Shown: in pieces, positions 26,401 to 39,352 of the stretch
Layout: each line of letters starts with the position of its first letter
Position numbering within the stretch: position 1 is the first letter of the stretch
Origin: Malacoraja senta
Lineage: Eukaryota
Assembly: GCA_038087875.1 (NCBI GenBank)
Contig: CM075993.1
Coordinates: forward strand, 2,172,001-2,236,000
DNA: 64,000 nt
Direction of reading: 5' to 3'
Made by a program: the position numbers and the translations under genes
The notes under the pieces: generated by a model
What the model was told of the DNA's origin: nothing
What the model saw: only the letters and a program-made list of their open reading frames with translations
The model's database searches: none

Positions 26401-26451
26401 CCGGATCCAGGGGTTCTGCTGTAAACTGACGAGGTGCGTTAACGCAGAAGC
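23425..26451 (-). other. SCAMP5: Probable long SCAMP5 3' UTR
   Basis: About 3 kb of AT-rich sequence after the stop codon with no recognisable SINE/LINE/PLE, unlike the flanks. The 3' end is inferred from a poly(A) signal. Confidence 0.6.
23448..23453 (-). terminator. Candidate polyadenylation signal (AATAAA) for SCAMP5
   Basis: Minus strand AATAAAgcactttcatggatatattgtgctttgtaatg, with a GU/U-rich tract downstream. Other AATAAA copies lie near 23164, 23718 and 24613. Confidence 0.45.
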
Positions 26452-26649
26452 TTACATCTGGTTGTTGTAGGCGTAGTTGGGGGTGTCCGAGTACTCTGTG
26501 TACTGCGGGTTCTGCACGGACCCCTGGACTGCTCCGACAGCAGCTTGCTGGGCTGCCTGTTGCACATGCGGGTTCTTCCATGCCCCCGTCGTCCATTCCT
26601 CCTGAGCTTTGCTCATGCTGCCCCCACTGCCGCGGTAATAGTTGTGAAC
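26452..26649 (-). CDS. SCAMP5: SCAMP5 last coding exon (198 bp including TAA)
   Basis: ccctcag|GTT CAC AAC... translates [65 protein letters not shown]. Summed CDS 7+120+157+102+118+198 = 702 nt = 233 aa plus stop. Confidence 0.98.
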   Translation of the reverse strand, partial: VHNYYRGSGGSMSKAQEEWTTGAWKNPHVQQAAQQAAVGAVQGSVQNPQYTEYSDTPNYAYNNQM

Positions 26650-27834
26650 CTGAGGGTCAGGTAAAAAAAGAGTCCAGTTGAAATCAGTGCCTCAAATTCA
26701 ATTCCCACAGAATGTTTACGTTTAGTTTGCTGTCACGTGCAGTGAAAAGCTTTTGTTGCGTGCTAACCCGTCAGCGGAAAGGCAATACATGATTACAATC
26801 GATCCATTTACACTGTGTAAGATACATGATAAGGGAGGATGCATAGAAACATTGAAAAGAGGTGCAGGAGTAGGCCATTCGGCCCTTCGAGCCACACCAC
26901 CATTCAATATGATCATGGCTGATCATTCAAAATCAGTTCCCCGTTCCTGCCTTCTCCCCATATCCCTTGATATTGTTAGCCCAAAGAGCTATATCTAACT
27001 CTCTTGAATACATCCAGTGAATTGCCCTCCACTGCCTCTGTGGCAGAGATGCATGAGAAGGCTGTGGAGGCCAAGTCAGTGGATATTTATAAGGCAGAGA
27101 TAGATAAATTATTGATTAGTATGGGTGTCCGGGGTTATGGGGAGAAGTCAGGAGAATGCGGTTAGGAGGGAGAGATAGATCAGCCATGATTGAATGACAG
27201 AGTAGACTTGATGGGGCGAATGACCTAATTCTGCTATTATCACTGATGATCGTATAAATGAAGGAGGCGGGCCAGAAATGTAATTTAATTACAACAATGA
27301 AGATGATTCAACTTGCAGACCAGTCGTTGTGAAAAACTGTCTGTTTCTTTCTATTTAAGGAATCTTTGCTATTTGCTTCAGCTATTTGTGATAGCAGGTA
27401 CATAATTTCACTTTCTGCCAAAATATTATAACGCAAACGTGTTTGATTTATTAATGTCTTCTCATGTCTAGGTAATTTCTCAACAAAAATAACATAGATA
27501 ATTGATTGATAGATGGAAAAATACAAAATGGAAACAGGCCCTTTGGCCCACCGAGTCCATCCTGATCATTGATCACCCATTCACACTAGTTCTAGGGAAA
27601 GACCACATTATGCTCGAGTAACTCAGCGGGTGAGGTAGCATCCTTGGAGATCACGGGAAGGTGACATTTCAGGTCCAGGGGTGCCTGGCCCGCTGAGTTA
27701 CTCCAACATTTTGTGTCTTTCTGTGGTAGAACAGCATCTGCAGTTCCTCGTTTCTAAAAGGAATAGCTGAAGAAAATGGATAGCTGAAGCTCAGAGGGGG
27801 TCCTTTCCCAGACGGCAGCCCATCATAAATAAAT

Positions 27835-28122
27835 TAGATAGACACAAAATGTTGGAGTAACTCAGCGGGACAGGCAGCATCTCTAGAGAGAAGGAAAGGG
27901 TGACGTTTCGGGTTGAGACCTGTCTTCAGACTGTCAGGGGAGAGGGAGTCTAGAGATATGGAACGGTAAGGTGTGAAAACGAAACTCTCAGTCTGAAGAA
28001 GGGTCTCGATCCGAAACGTTACCTATTCCTTCTCTCCAGAGTGCTGCCTGTCCCGCTGAGTTACTTCAGCCTTTTGCGTTTATCTTCGATATAGACCAGC
28101 ATCTGCAGTTCCTTCCTACACA
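27835..28122. mobile_element. Foldback (inverted pLTR pair) Penelope-derived element, representative copy
   Basis: gacacaaaatgttggagtaactcagcgggacaggcagc...cttcagac with its reverse complement downstream. Similar copies near 118-210, 1868-1984, 8853-9237, 20812-21008, 22267-22420, 32838-33120, 35831-35997, 37388-37585, 38097-38460, 54010-54185, 57825-58037, 58682-59063, 60234-60407, 61191-61337, 63805-63930. Confidence 0.85.
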
Positions 28123-29164
28123 ATAAATCAATTAGATTTGACTGAAATGAGTATCAGCAAAGCTGAAAGCAAAAGGGTAAAATGTTCCATTATTTTAAAG
28201 GAATGCATGGGTGATAAGATAGCATTATATTTGGTCATTTGAAAGGATATTTATTCACGTTCAGATGCTGGAAGCAAACCTCTGCATCTGCTATCTATAA
28301 CAGGCATAGTGATAGATTAAAGCATGACAAATATTTGAGCTAGGTTTTGCTGTCTGTGATATTGAAAGAATTTTCCCTTAATGTGAAACCAAGAACAATG
28401 TACTGTCCAAATTAGAATTACATTTACTTAACTTGCGTTCAGCTGAGGTTACTTTTAAATGCAGTTTGTTCATTGGAACAACAATTCATTTCTCAAAGCC
28501 CCTGCTGTGTGGAGCTGATATGTCCAACGTGTATTAAACACAGGTTTACCACAGCTCGGGTATTGCAACCAATTCTGATTCCACACTTCAGTAAGGATGC
28601 AAAGGCTTAAAGAAGGTGCAGAAAAGATTTTAGAATGGATCCAGGGGATTTCAGCTTTAAGGTTAGACTGTTGAAGCTGAGTTATTCTCCTTGGTAGAAG
28701 ATCATGAGTGGTTTAGACATGAAGCTGTTCCTTTAGTAGGTGTTCGACAACCAAGCAGCACCGATGGGGATGATCAGCCATGATCACATTGAATGGCGGT
28801 GCTGGCTTGAAGGGCTGAATGGCCTACTCCTGCACCTATTGTCTATTGATTTAAAACTGGGCAAAAGGAATGGAGGGGCAATAGAAGCTTTTTTGAAAAA
28901 TCTAGAGAGTAGCAATGACCTGGGATGTTATAGTAACAGGAAACTTTCATAAAGGGTCTATATACATTGAGAAAATAATGGTTCCATGGTATGTTATTGT
29001 CATATGTTGAAGTCCTTTTGTGCACAGTTCAGTACAAACCTTCCCCTTCACAAGCATCCTTAAGCACAAGAGTGTAAGAACAGTAGATCATACTGACAGT
29101 TCACAATTTGCAGGGAGAGGAGGAAAGAGCGGGGTAATAGGACAAAATGGCATCGGTTTGCTGA

Positions 29165-29320
29165 AGGGCCTGTCGCACAACTTGATTTTTTCGGCGACTT
29201 GCCGGCACCCGTCATAGTCGCAGCAGGTCGCCGAAAATGTTCAAAATCCAGCGGTGACCAGAAAAGGTACGACTCATTTGGGCGACTACTCACGACCATA
29301 CAGGCGTCACCCCGCGACAA
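29165..29320. mobile_element. Half MITE related to 17284-17613
   Basis: AGGGCCTGTCGCAC...gccggcacccgtcatag...cacgaccatacaggcg matches the left arm of the 17284 element. Confidence 0.7.
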
Positions 29321-31866
29321 ATCACTCATTCATTCACTCCAGAGATGCTGTCTGTACCCGTGAGTTTTCCAGCTTTTTGTGTCTATCTTCGGTTTAAACC
29401 AGCATCTGCAGTTCCTTCCTACACTAGACGTAAATATACCATGGCTTACTAATTGCTGGAAATAGCAGCATAACTCTGGCGTCAACGAGCCAGGCATCAG
29501 AGAAGATGCAGTCGTACTGTATGTGGACACTGTATGGAAATTAATTGGACATGACTTTTGTTTACACTGGCAACAAGACTAATGATACATTAGATTGAAT
29601 TCCCCCAAAATATGATAGCCGCACTCATTAGGAATTCAACAACGCACAATTATTCTAATACTGTAATTAATCAAACACAGTGAACAGCTCTGGATTTCAG
29701 GAGGCCCGGAATAAAAACGTTTAATTTTAATTATAAAGGACCAACACTTCTATTGGTAAAGAGCTGATAAAATCAGAATTAGTTACTGCCTTAGAAATGT
29801 TTTCATTTAAATTAGGATCCTCAAACATTTACATTTTATTTCATAGTCGTGCATATGAAACCCAGGCCTTCAGTCCACGCCAACCAGTGATCACCCATTC
29901 CATGTTATCCCATTTCTCAATTCATTCCCTACACACCAAGGACAATTTACAAAGGCCAATTGACTTCCTCACTTTGGGATCTGGGAGGAAACTTGAGCAC
30001 CCGGAGGAAACCCACACAGTCCGGGAGAACATGAAAACTCACACAAGGAAAGCCTCAAGGTCAGAATCGAACCAGAGTCACAGGTGCTGAGGCAGCAGGT
30101 ATACAAGCTGCGTTTCTGTACCTACCCTCCCATTGCTATCCAAAATCACAGCTGCTGGAGACTGAAATCCCCAACACCCAGTGTCAGGGTTGTTGAAGCC
30201 CAGCTCTTTGGTTTAACAAGCTGATCAGGAAGGCTGGCTCTGTCCTGGGGGCGGTGTTGGATCATGGAGGTGGCCTTGGTGTGGAAGATGCTCTTCAAAC
30301 TGCGGAGCATCTTGGATAATACAGCTCACCCCCTCCTGGTCAACCTGTGGAGTAACTTCAGCAACAGACTGGTTGCCACCAAGTTACAGAACGCCACAGG
30401 AGATCATTTTTTCCTGTGGCTATCAAACTGTACAATTCCTCCCCCTTGGGGGAAGACCGACTCCCCTCCCTAATCTTTGCACATCCCAATCCTTTCCACT
30501 CGTCACTTTAATTTCATGTTCCACGTATCTTGTGTTTACGCCTGTTGGTAGACTCCTGGGATAAATAAAGTTCTATCGTATCGTAAGGCAAGTGGACATG
30601 CAGACGGAGGATGCAAGGTAGTTGAGGATGCAAGGTAGTTGAGGCCAGTTCATTAGCTATATTTAAGAGGGAGTTAGATGTGCCCTTGTGGCTAAAGGTA
30701 TCAGGGGGTATGGAGAGAAGGCAGGACACAGATACTGAGTTGGATGATCAGCCATGATCATATGGAAGGCGGTGCAGGTCGAAGGGCCGAATGGCCTATT
30801 CCTGCACCTTTTCTATGTTTCTAAGACACTAGATCATAGATGCTGTAGGGATTATGAAGACACCCAGCTTTTACCAGTGTGCAGTTAACAGCTCTTCAGT
30901 CTTGGCTTTAAATGTTTAATTGTCTGCTTATTCTCAGATCAGTTTGACTCATGGATTTAATTAACAAATTATTTTTATTTGATCAAAGGTTTCTGGTTTA
31001 TTCCATTATAAATAACTGTGATTCATTTAACAATCGAGCTCAGTTTCCTGTGCACTTGCAAAGCTTCTGAGAATCGCGTCAGTTTCTATATATTCCTTTT
31101 TTGAGAGTTTGCAGATCAGGCCTCTGGAATAAGTGGAATTACACAATGCATCATTCACCTCCACAACTGATTGACAAATAGCGAAGCTATTTGATTTTCA
31201 AAAGAACAAAAAAAATTGAAATATCCCAGAACTTCATCGAGATATTTTTTTCCACAAGCTTATGACAAAATCTTAGCCACTGAGTCCATGTGAACTTTAC
31301 GGATGGTGCAGCTAGTAGAGCTGCTACCTTACAGCTCCACATTAAGCCGGGTTCACTGCTGACCTCTGGTGCTGTCATGTGGAGTTTGCATGTTCTTCCA
31401 GTGACCACCGTGGCTTTCCATCATATTCCACAGCGCTCCAATTCCCACAGACTGGAAGATTAAGAATATACGCGCACACACACACACCATAAGAAGGATA
31501 TAATTGCACTACAGAGGATGAGGAGCAGATTCAAATAGTTGCATTGGCAGAGGATGAGGAGCAGATTCAAATAGTTGTTCCTTCCTACATGTTTTAAAAC
31601 TGTGTTTTAAAGAAATCAAAGGATGGTGAGTGTATGGAACAAGCTGCCAGAGGAGGAAGTTGAGGCAGGGACTATCCCAACATTTAAGAGACAGTTAGAC
31701 AGGTACATGGATAGGACAGGTTTGGAGGGATATTTCGGGTAGCTGGGACATGTTGGCCAGTGTGGGCAAGTTGGGCCAAAGGGCCTGTTTCCAGACTAAA
31801 TCCGTTGTCCATGAACAAAGTTCTGCGGAGCAAGTGTCGACTTCGGCCTAATCACACACGCTTTAC

Positions 31867-31984
31867 CTTGGTCAGAGCGACGAAAGACAGCACAGCTACA
31901 GCTGTAAACATTATAGTTGGAATCAGCATCACGACCGCCGCGCCAACATTGGTCCCAAAGAATCCAATAGCAGCAATCCAGCCA
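31867..31984 (-). CDS. SCAMP5: SCAMP5 coding exon 5 (118 bp): TM4
   Basis: ctcttgacag|T GGC TGG...ACC AAG|gtaaag. Translates [39 protein letters not shown]. Confidence 0.98.
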
Positions 31985-33504
31985 CTGTCAAGAGAGAATA
32001 AACACGTTTAGCTTTTAATGACACAGACGACTGTTTATTTTAAGAACACAAACAGAACACAAAGTCCAATTATTAGAGTGATGCAGATCAACTCCTCCAC
32101 AAAGTAATAATTGCATCCTAAATATAATTTATTGGTGTGGAGCCCTTGTGGACAAAAACATACGTTCTTCCAGCCTCAAGCAGTTTGGCATTCCCATATC
32201 ACATTGTAGTTTTATTTGTTCTGTTGCCTAGTGCATCAATTTTCAAGTTTTGGTGGTAATAGCATATGATTTGGGATAGCAAACACTGGATCCAGGAAAG
32301 AGAATTGGGCATTTTGTCCGAACCAAAGGCACCTTTGGAAGCTTTGGTCCAGGCAACACCTGATGCAGGTTATCCAATATATTGACATCATTGGCACAGC
32401 GGCAGAGTTGGGTTTGATCCTGACTACGGATGCTGTCTGTACGGTGTTTGCATGTTCTCCCTGTGACCGCTCTGGATTTCTACAGGTGCCCTGGTTTCCT
32501 CCCTCATGCAGGTTTGTAAGTTATTTGGATCATGTGTCCTACACACTCCCTAATGTGTAGGACAGAACTAATGTACGGGTGACCGTTGGTCGGCACGGAC
32601 CCGGTGGGCCGAAGGGCCCGTTTCTACGCTGTATCTCTAAACTAAAAATCATACTGAAGTTCAAGATCTGGTTCACAAGTTCATACAAGCTCTGAGCGTA
32701 CTGTAGAATATTCCTACCACCTTGGGAGTGTGAAAGGTGTGAAAGACACGGTAGCTTTGAAGATACTGCCTGTATTAGTAATGTATTTATTGCCATTTGC
32801 CAACCATAGCACCACATAGTAGGGAAAGGTCATGTGCGGGTAGGAACTGCAGATGCTGGTTTAAACCGAAGATAGACACAAAATGCTGGCGTAACTCAGC
32901 GGGACAGGCAGCATCTCTGGAGAGAAGGAATGGGTGACGTTTCGGGTTCGGATATCGTTCATTCATTTGTTCCATATCTCTCTAAATCACTGTCTGTATC
33001 CCGCTTTCCTTTTCCCCTGACTAGTCTGAAGAAGGGTCTCGACCAGAAACGTCACCCACTCCTTCTCTCCAGAGATGCTGCCCGTCCGCTGAGTTACTCC
33101 AGCTTTTTGTGCCTATCTGCAGTTCATTATGTCAACTACAATGAAAGCCTTTCAACAAGAACAACCTTCAGGATCCAGAACAGTCCCATTATTATTCCTA
33201 TTTAGGAGATACTGTACATTGGTCAGTATTATCTGTATACAAAAAAAAATTTATGCTAATAATCAACAGGTGTGATGTATAACCTATTCAATACTCTTCA
33301 TAGAACGGTTTTGGAATGATTAGCCCTATTATGCTTTAATTCATAACATGCAACCTCGGCAAGCAGAAACAGCTGTACTAATCAAGTTTATGTTATTTAT
33401 TAGCTGCCAGCAATACTTTCTAATGTTAAATCTTATCTGCACTTTCATTAAAAGTCACCTCATCTAACTTCCCCCTCATATTGGAGTAAGGTCAATAATT
33501 GGCA

Positions 33505-33823
33505 GCATGGTGGCGCTGCGGTAGAGTTGCTGCCTTACAGCGAAATACAGCTGCGCCGGAGACCCGGGTTCGATCCCGACTACGGTGCTGTCTGTACGGA
33601 GTTTGTACGTTCTCCCCGTGACCTGCGTGGGTTTTCTCTTGAAATATTCGGTTTCCTCCCACACTCCAAAGACGTGCAGGTTTTTTGGGTTAATTGGCTT
33701 GGTAAATGTAAAAACTGTCCCTAGTGGGTGTAGGATAGTGTTAATAAGCAGGGATCGCTGGTCAGAGCGGACCCGGTGGGCCGAAGGGCCTGTTTCTGTG
33801 CTGTATCTCTAAACTAAACTAAA
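33505..33823 (+). mobile_element. Complete HE1-like tRNA-derived SINE (representative copy)
   Basis: A box tggtggcgctgcggtag, B box gggttcgatccc, body ggtttcctcccacactccaaagacgtgcagg, CR1-like tail gggccgaagggcctgtttc...(ctaaa)n. Other copies (approximate) at 2250-2543(-), 8371-8650(-), 15343-15640(-), 16140-16555(+), 17140-17645(-), 19050-19595(-), 32395-32645(+), 38725-38912(-), 39915-40217(+), 40245-40548(+), 49400-49785(+), 62040-62300(+), 62490-62767(+). Confidence 0.85.
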
Positions 33824-34627
33824 ATTGATTTCAACATTATTTTAAAGTACACAATTTTAAAGTAGAAACCAGGAACTGCCAGAGGACTGTCGTGACCAGA
33901 AATGTCATCTATTCATGTTCTCCAGAGATGCTGCCTGACATGCCGGCACATTTTTTATGTCTGGGTTTTAATTTGAAACTCAAGTGAATCTGCCGCTAAA
34001 GTTCACTAAAAAGAAATGGATTTGTCAATCAATGATTCACTTAAACATCAACTGTGTCAGGATTACTCGGTTAATAGCACCAAGTTTAGAGGTACAAGGA
34101 ACTGCAGATGGTGGTTTACAAGAAAATCGTTCTGGGATAACCCAGCAGGATAGGCAGCACCTCTGGAGGACATGGACAGTCAATTCTAATTCTAGATAGA
34201 TACATTTTTGCTGGTTTGCAAGCGTGGAAAACCTAGTCACCCAAAAATAAAATAAAATTAGGAACCATTGCATCGTCATAACTTTCATCTTAAAATGGAG
34301 ATTTAGACAATAGGTGCAGGAGTAGGCCATTCGGCCCTACGAGCCAGCACCGTCATTCAATGTGATCATGGCTGAGCATCCCCAATCAGTACCCCGTTCC
34401 TGCCTTCTCCCCATTTCCCGACTCCGCTTTAGAGCCCGATCTAGCTCTCTCTTGAGACCACATTTGACATCACATCTGCTCTTAAATGATGTATGTGTTG
34501 GAAAGAACTGTAGGTGCTGGTTTAAACCGAAGGTAGACACAAACAGCTGGAGTAACCCAGTGGGTCAGACAGCATCTCTAGAGAAAAGGAATGGGTGATG
34601 TTTCAGCTAGAGACCTTTCCCCAGATA

Positions 34628-35066
34628 GTTGCTTAAGAAAGAACTGCAAAATGCTGGAAAAATCGAAGGTAGACAGAAATGCTAGAGAAACTCAGTGGGT
34701 GAGGCAGCATCTATGGAGTGAAGGAATAGGTGACGTTTAGGGTCGAGACCCTTCCGGGTCTCGACCCACCTCATATTCCGCTTGGGCAGTTTGCAACCCA
34801 GCGGTATGAACATTGACTTCTCCAATTTCCAGTAGTCCTTATTGTCTCCTCCCCTTCTCAGCTCTCCCTCAGCCCTCTGGCTCCTCCTCTTACTTTCTTC
34901 TTCCTGCCCCCCCCCCCCCTCCCCCCCACATCAGTCTGAAGAAGGGTTTCGGCCCGAAACGTTGCCTATTTCCTTCGCTCCATAGATGCTGCCTCACCCG
35001 CTGAGTTTCTCCAGCATTTTTGTCTACCTTAGGTTTTCCAGCATCTGCAGTTCCTTCTTAAACAAC
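34628..35066 (+). mobile_element. Penelope-like element with inverted 5' pLTR, truncated endonuclease remnant and 3' pLTR
   Basis: Inverted arm 34628-~34755, HLIFRLG-like remnant ...PSGMNIDFSNFQ*, hammerhead motif at 34936 with a GGGU-UUCG-GCCC stem II. Confidence 0.85.
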
Positions 35067-38000
35067 GACTACATTTCAGAGACTACTTTGGTTGTAAACT
35101 ACTTTGGGACAGCTCACAGATCTTAAGAGATGCTTTATAAATGCAAGTCAATCTTTATTGCTTCCTTCACATCTGACCCATTTTCCACACTCAAAAGGAA
35201 TGGCTTTAAAAGCAGATGCTTGGCAGATCGCCATGGTGACGGCATCCACAATTATTGGGCCATCAAAAATCTTTTTGTTGTTTGTTGGCAAGAAAATAAG
35301 AATGCATTAGAGACCTGTGCCTGCTCGGCATTACTCGATGGGGATATGAAAAGGCAAAAAGATTTCATTGCTCAATCCTCAGATCACTATATTAACGCAT
35401 AGCTAAAAGATCAAACAGTGTTTTTGTCACACTGGCAAAACAAAAACTAAAAATCTCTTTTCTCATGTTGAATTGCTAGTGTTTGCTAAATCAAGTATTG
35501 CATGAATTATAGATACCCTACAAAGCCGTTCTAAAAATCTGTGCCGTATGCTTTAAAACATCAATTATTTTCCACAATAAACTAGATATCCAGCTAAAAT
35601 GAGAATTGCCTCTCCATGTCCTCCAGGGATGCTGCCTGACCTGCTGGGTTATTCCTGCACTTTTCATTTGTAAACCAGCATCCTCAGTTCCTTGTATCTC
35701 TAAACTCCGATTCCAAAGCTTAGTTATACGATATATGCTCTATTGGACCAAAAAGAGTAAAAAATAAATACAATTTCTCAATCCAGAATGCAGAACCATC
35801 CTGCAGCAACCAGAGAGCAGTCCTGAGCAGTAGTCTGAAGAATGGTTTTGACCCGAAACGTTACCAGTCTGAAGAAGGGTTTCGACCTGAAACTTTGCCT
35901 ATTTCCTTCGCTCCATAGATGCTGCCTCACCCGCTGAGTTTCTCCAGCATTTTTGTCTACCTTCGATTTTCCAGCATCTGCAGTTCCTTCTTGAACAGCA
36001 GCCCTGAATTACTATCTACCCGAGTGGTGATCCTCAGACTATCTTTGATCGGACTTTACTGGCTTTACCTTGCACTAAATGTTATTCCCTTATCATGTAT
36101 TTTTACACTGTGGACGGCTCGATTCCGGCTGGCTGGTTAGCACACAGCAAAAGCTTTTCACTGTACATCATGCACGTGACAATAAACTAAACAAAACTGA
36201 ACGATTTATACAACCTTCATTTCAATGTTTGTTGAGTCAGAAATGAGATGCCTTGTGTGCAAACACAAGCTACCAGAATCAGTTCATGATCCTAATGCCT
36301 CCCCAACACATAATCTCACCCTTGTTAATAGAACAAATAAATTTGATAAATGTCCTATAATCACACTGCGATGGAGAAATATTATACATAGAATGAGAAA
36401 GAGATGTGCTTGATTGCAGCCATTTGGAAGAGACCAGTGACAGAAGATACCTTTTTCTCATCCTCCTGAAAATTGGACCAGTAGCTCTAACCACAATGAT
36501 AATACCTTCAATCAACTGTTCCCAGCTTTCAAGGAAGCAATCCAATACGGACACAGGACCCAGAAGCGGATGCTTCATAACTGTGCAAATAAAATGATCC
36601 ACAATTTTTATCAGATCATTAGTGATAGGAGTAGAATTAGGCCATTCGGCCCATCAAGTCTACTCTGCCATTCAATCATGGCTGATTTATATCTCCCTCC
36701 TAACCCCATTTTCCTGCTTTCTCCCCATAACCTCTAACACCCGAACTAATCAAGAATGTATCCATCTCTGCCTTAAATATAATCACTGACTTGGCCTCCA
36801 GTCTTCTGCGGCAAAGAATTCCACAGATTCCCCACCCTCTGACTAAAGATATTCCTCCTCATCTCCTTCCCAAAAGAACATCCTTTAATTCTGAGGCTGC
36901 GACCTCTAGTCCTAGACTCTCCCACGAGTGGAAACATCCTCTCCACATCCACTCTATCCAAGCCTTTCACTATGCCCCCCCCCCCTCATTCTTCTAAACT
37001 CCAACGAATATAGGCCCAGTGCTGTCAAACGCTCACCATATGTTATTTTGCTATTAACAAACCCATATTGACGTTAGACAAGCCTTGAATCGTGAAGTGA
37101 TATCGATGATGCTCTTTGAAACTCATCCCAAATTCCACTATACAAGTCTCTTAACAGAAATTAGATCAACACCCAAGGGAACACCATACAAAATCGTGCA
37201 AAGTGGATGACTCAGAAGGATGTTGTTACAGCGACAGCCGTATAACTGATACCTGTCAAGCCATCATCTCATCTACCAGAGTTTCACATATCAGACCATA
37301 ATTAAATTTGACAGCTTGCTCATTAATGCCATTTTGTTGTTTGGAGGTTAGGTTTCCAATAACAGATTGACAGGCGTTTATTTCGAAGCAAAGATAGACA
37401 CAAAAAGCTGGAGTAACTCAGCGGGACAGGCAGCATTTCTGGAGCGAAGGAATGGGTGACGTTTTGGGTTGAGACCCTTCTTCAGACTGGTTAGGGATAA
37501 GGGAAACGAGAGAGATAGACGGTGATGTGGAGAGATAAAGAACAATGAATGAAAGATATGCAAAAAATGTAACGATGATAAAGGATTTATTTAGAAGCAA
37601 CTGAAGAATCTATTATCATTCTGTATTTATATTGTAATGTGAAAAATTGAAATGTACATCCATTCATCTTGATATGATCTACATTCACTATTATGTTAAT
37701 ATGCATCCAAATCCTTTATTAAAATAAGCCAGATTGCACTTAAGTTCTAATACATTTTATGGGGTGTCTTATTAATATAAATTAAACTTGCTACCATCTG
37801 GCCATTATTTAATTCCTTTGGAAACCAGTATAAATCAAACAGGTCATATTGAATTGTGCTGGATATTAATATTTAAATACATTTAATTATTAAAATACTG
37901 TTCAAACAAGTGAATTTCAGTGGGTTAAATATACAGCAGTCATCAGATGCAAGATGTGAAATTTGGAATCAAATGTTTCACAGTGCTTTACAGTTAAGGA

Positions 38001-39217
38001 AATTAAACGTAAAACTAAAACTTCATTCATCCAGTTTTAATCCAGACTCCTTCAGAGCACAGAAAAATCATAATAATCATCAATATTTAATAACAAGGAG
38101 CTGCAGATACTGGTTTACCAAACACAGACATAATGCTGGGAGTAATTCAGCTGGTCAGGCAGCATAGCTGGAGAACGTGGATAGGTGACGTTTTAGGTCG
38201 GGACCCTTCTTCAGACCTGCCGACCCAAAACACCACCTATCCAGCGGGTGCAGCAGCATCTATGGAGCGAAGGAAATAGGCAACGTTTCGGGCCGAAACG
38301 TTGCCCATTTCCTTCGCTCCATAGATGCTGCTGCACCCGCTGAGTTTCTCCAGCATTTTTGTGTACCTTCGATTTTCCAGCATCTGCAGTTCCTTCTTTA
38401 ACACCACCTACCCATGTTCTTGCTGCCTGACCCGCCGATTTACTCCAGTATTTTGTGTCTTACGATAATCACCAACTTATGCATCCTACAAAACTCCAAA
38501 AGGCAGACAACTAAAAAGACGCCACTCTACAGATACAATATAAAAGCAGAAGACGTTGGGAGCACTCAGCAGGGAAGCCAACTTGGGAAGCAGGGAAGCA
38601 CTCAGCAGGGAAGCCAGGTTTCTTCCTCCACAGGTGTTGCTGGGCCTGCTGGCTATTTCTAGCATTTCCTGGCTTTAGTTCAGATCTTCAGCAGTTGCAA
38701 TTAGTTTTATTTTAGTTTTGCAAATTAAAGACAGAAGCTAATCAACCTGCGGACCCGCACGTCTTCGGAATGTGGGAAGAAATCGGAGCACCTGGAGGAA
38801 ACCCACGTAGTCACGGGGGGGAACGTGCAAACTCCACACAGACAACATCCGAGGTCAGGATCGAACCCATATCTTCGGCGCTGTGAGGCAGCCGCTCTAC
38901 CAGCTGCGCCACTGATGTATCGTGGAATTCGTAAACCAGTATACTTCACTACATGATGGATACAAAAAGCTGGTCTATCTTCGGTTAAAGCCAGCAGTTC
39001 CTTCCTACATACTTCACTACATCCAGCATCTCCTGAACCTCTGCAGCGTGCTATAAATGGGGCTAGGAGAGGAGAGTGGGTGAAGTGTTTATAAATCACT
39101 AGTTATTTCTCTCTGAATGGACCACCCTGGTTGATGTACATATGAGAAATTTAAATGAATGGCAGCGACGTTCATGTCCTTGGTATTCTACATGCAATTA
39201 AAAAAATCTAATCCTTA

Positions 39218-39352
<135 letters not shown>

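Noticed and set aside
26324..26596. 90-aa ORF overlapping the last SCAMP5 exon in another frame
   Set aside because: It is a shadow frame of the GC-rich real exon, with no independent support.
33505..33590. tRNA genes at A/B-box sequences
   Set aside because: Each continues into a SINE body and LINE-derived tail, with no complete cloverleaf.
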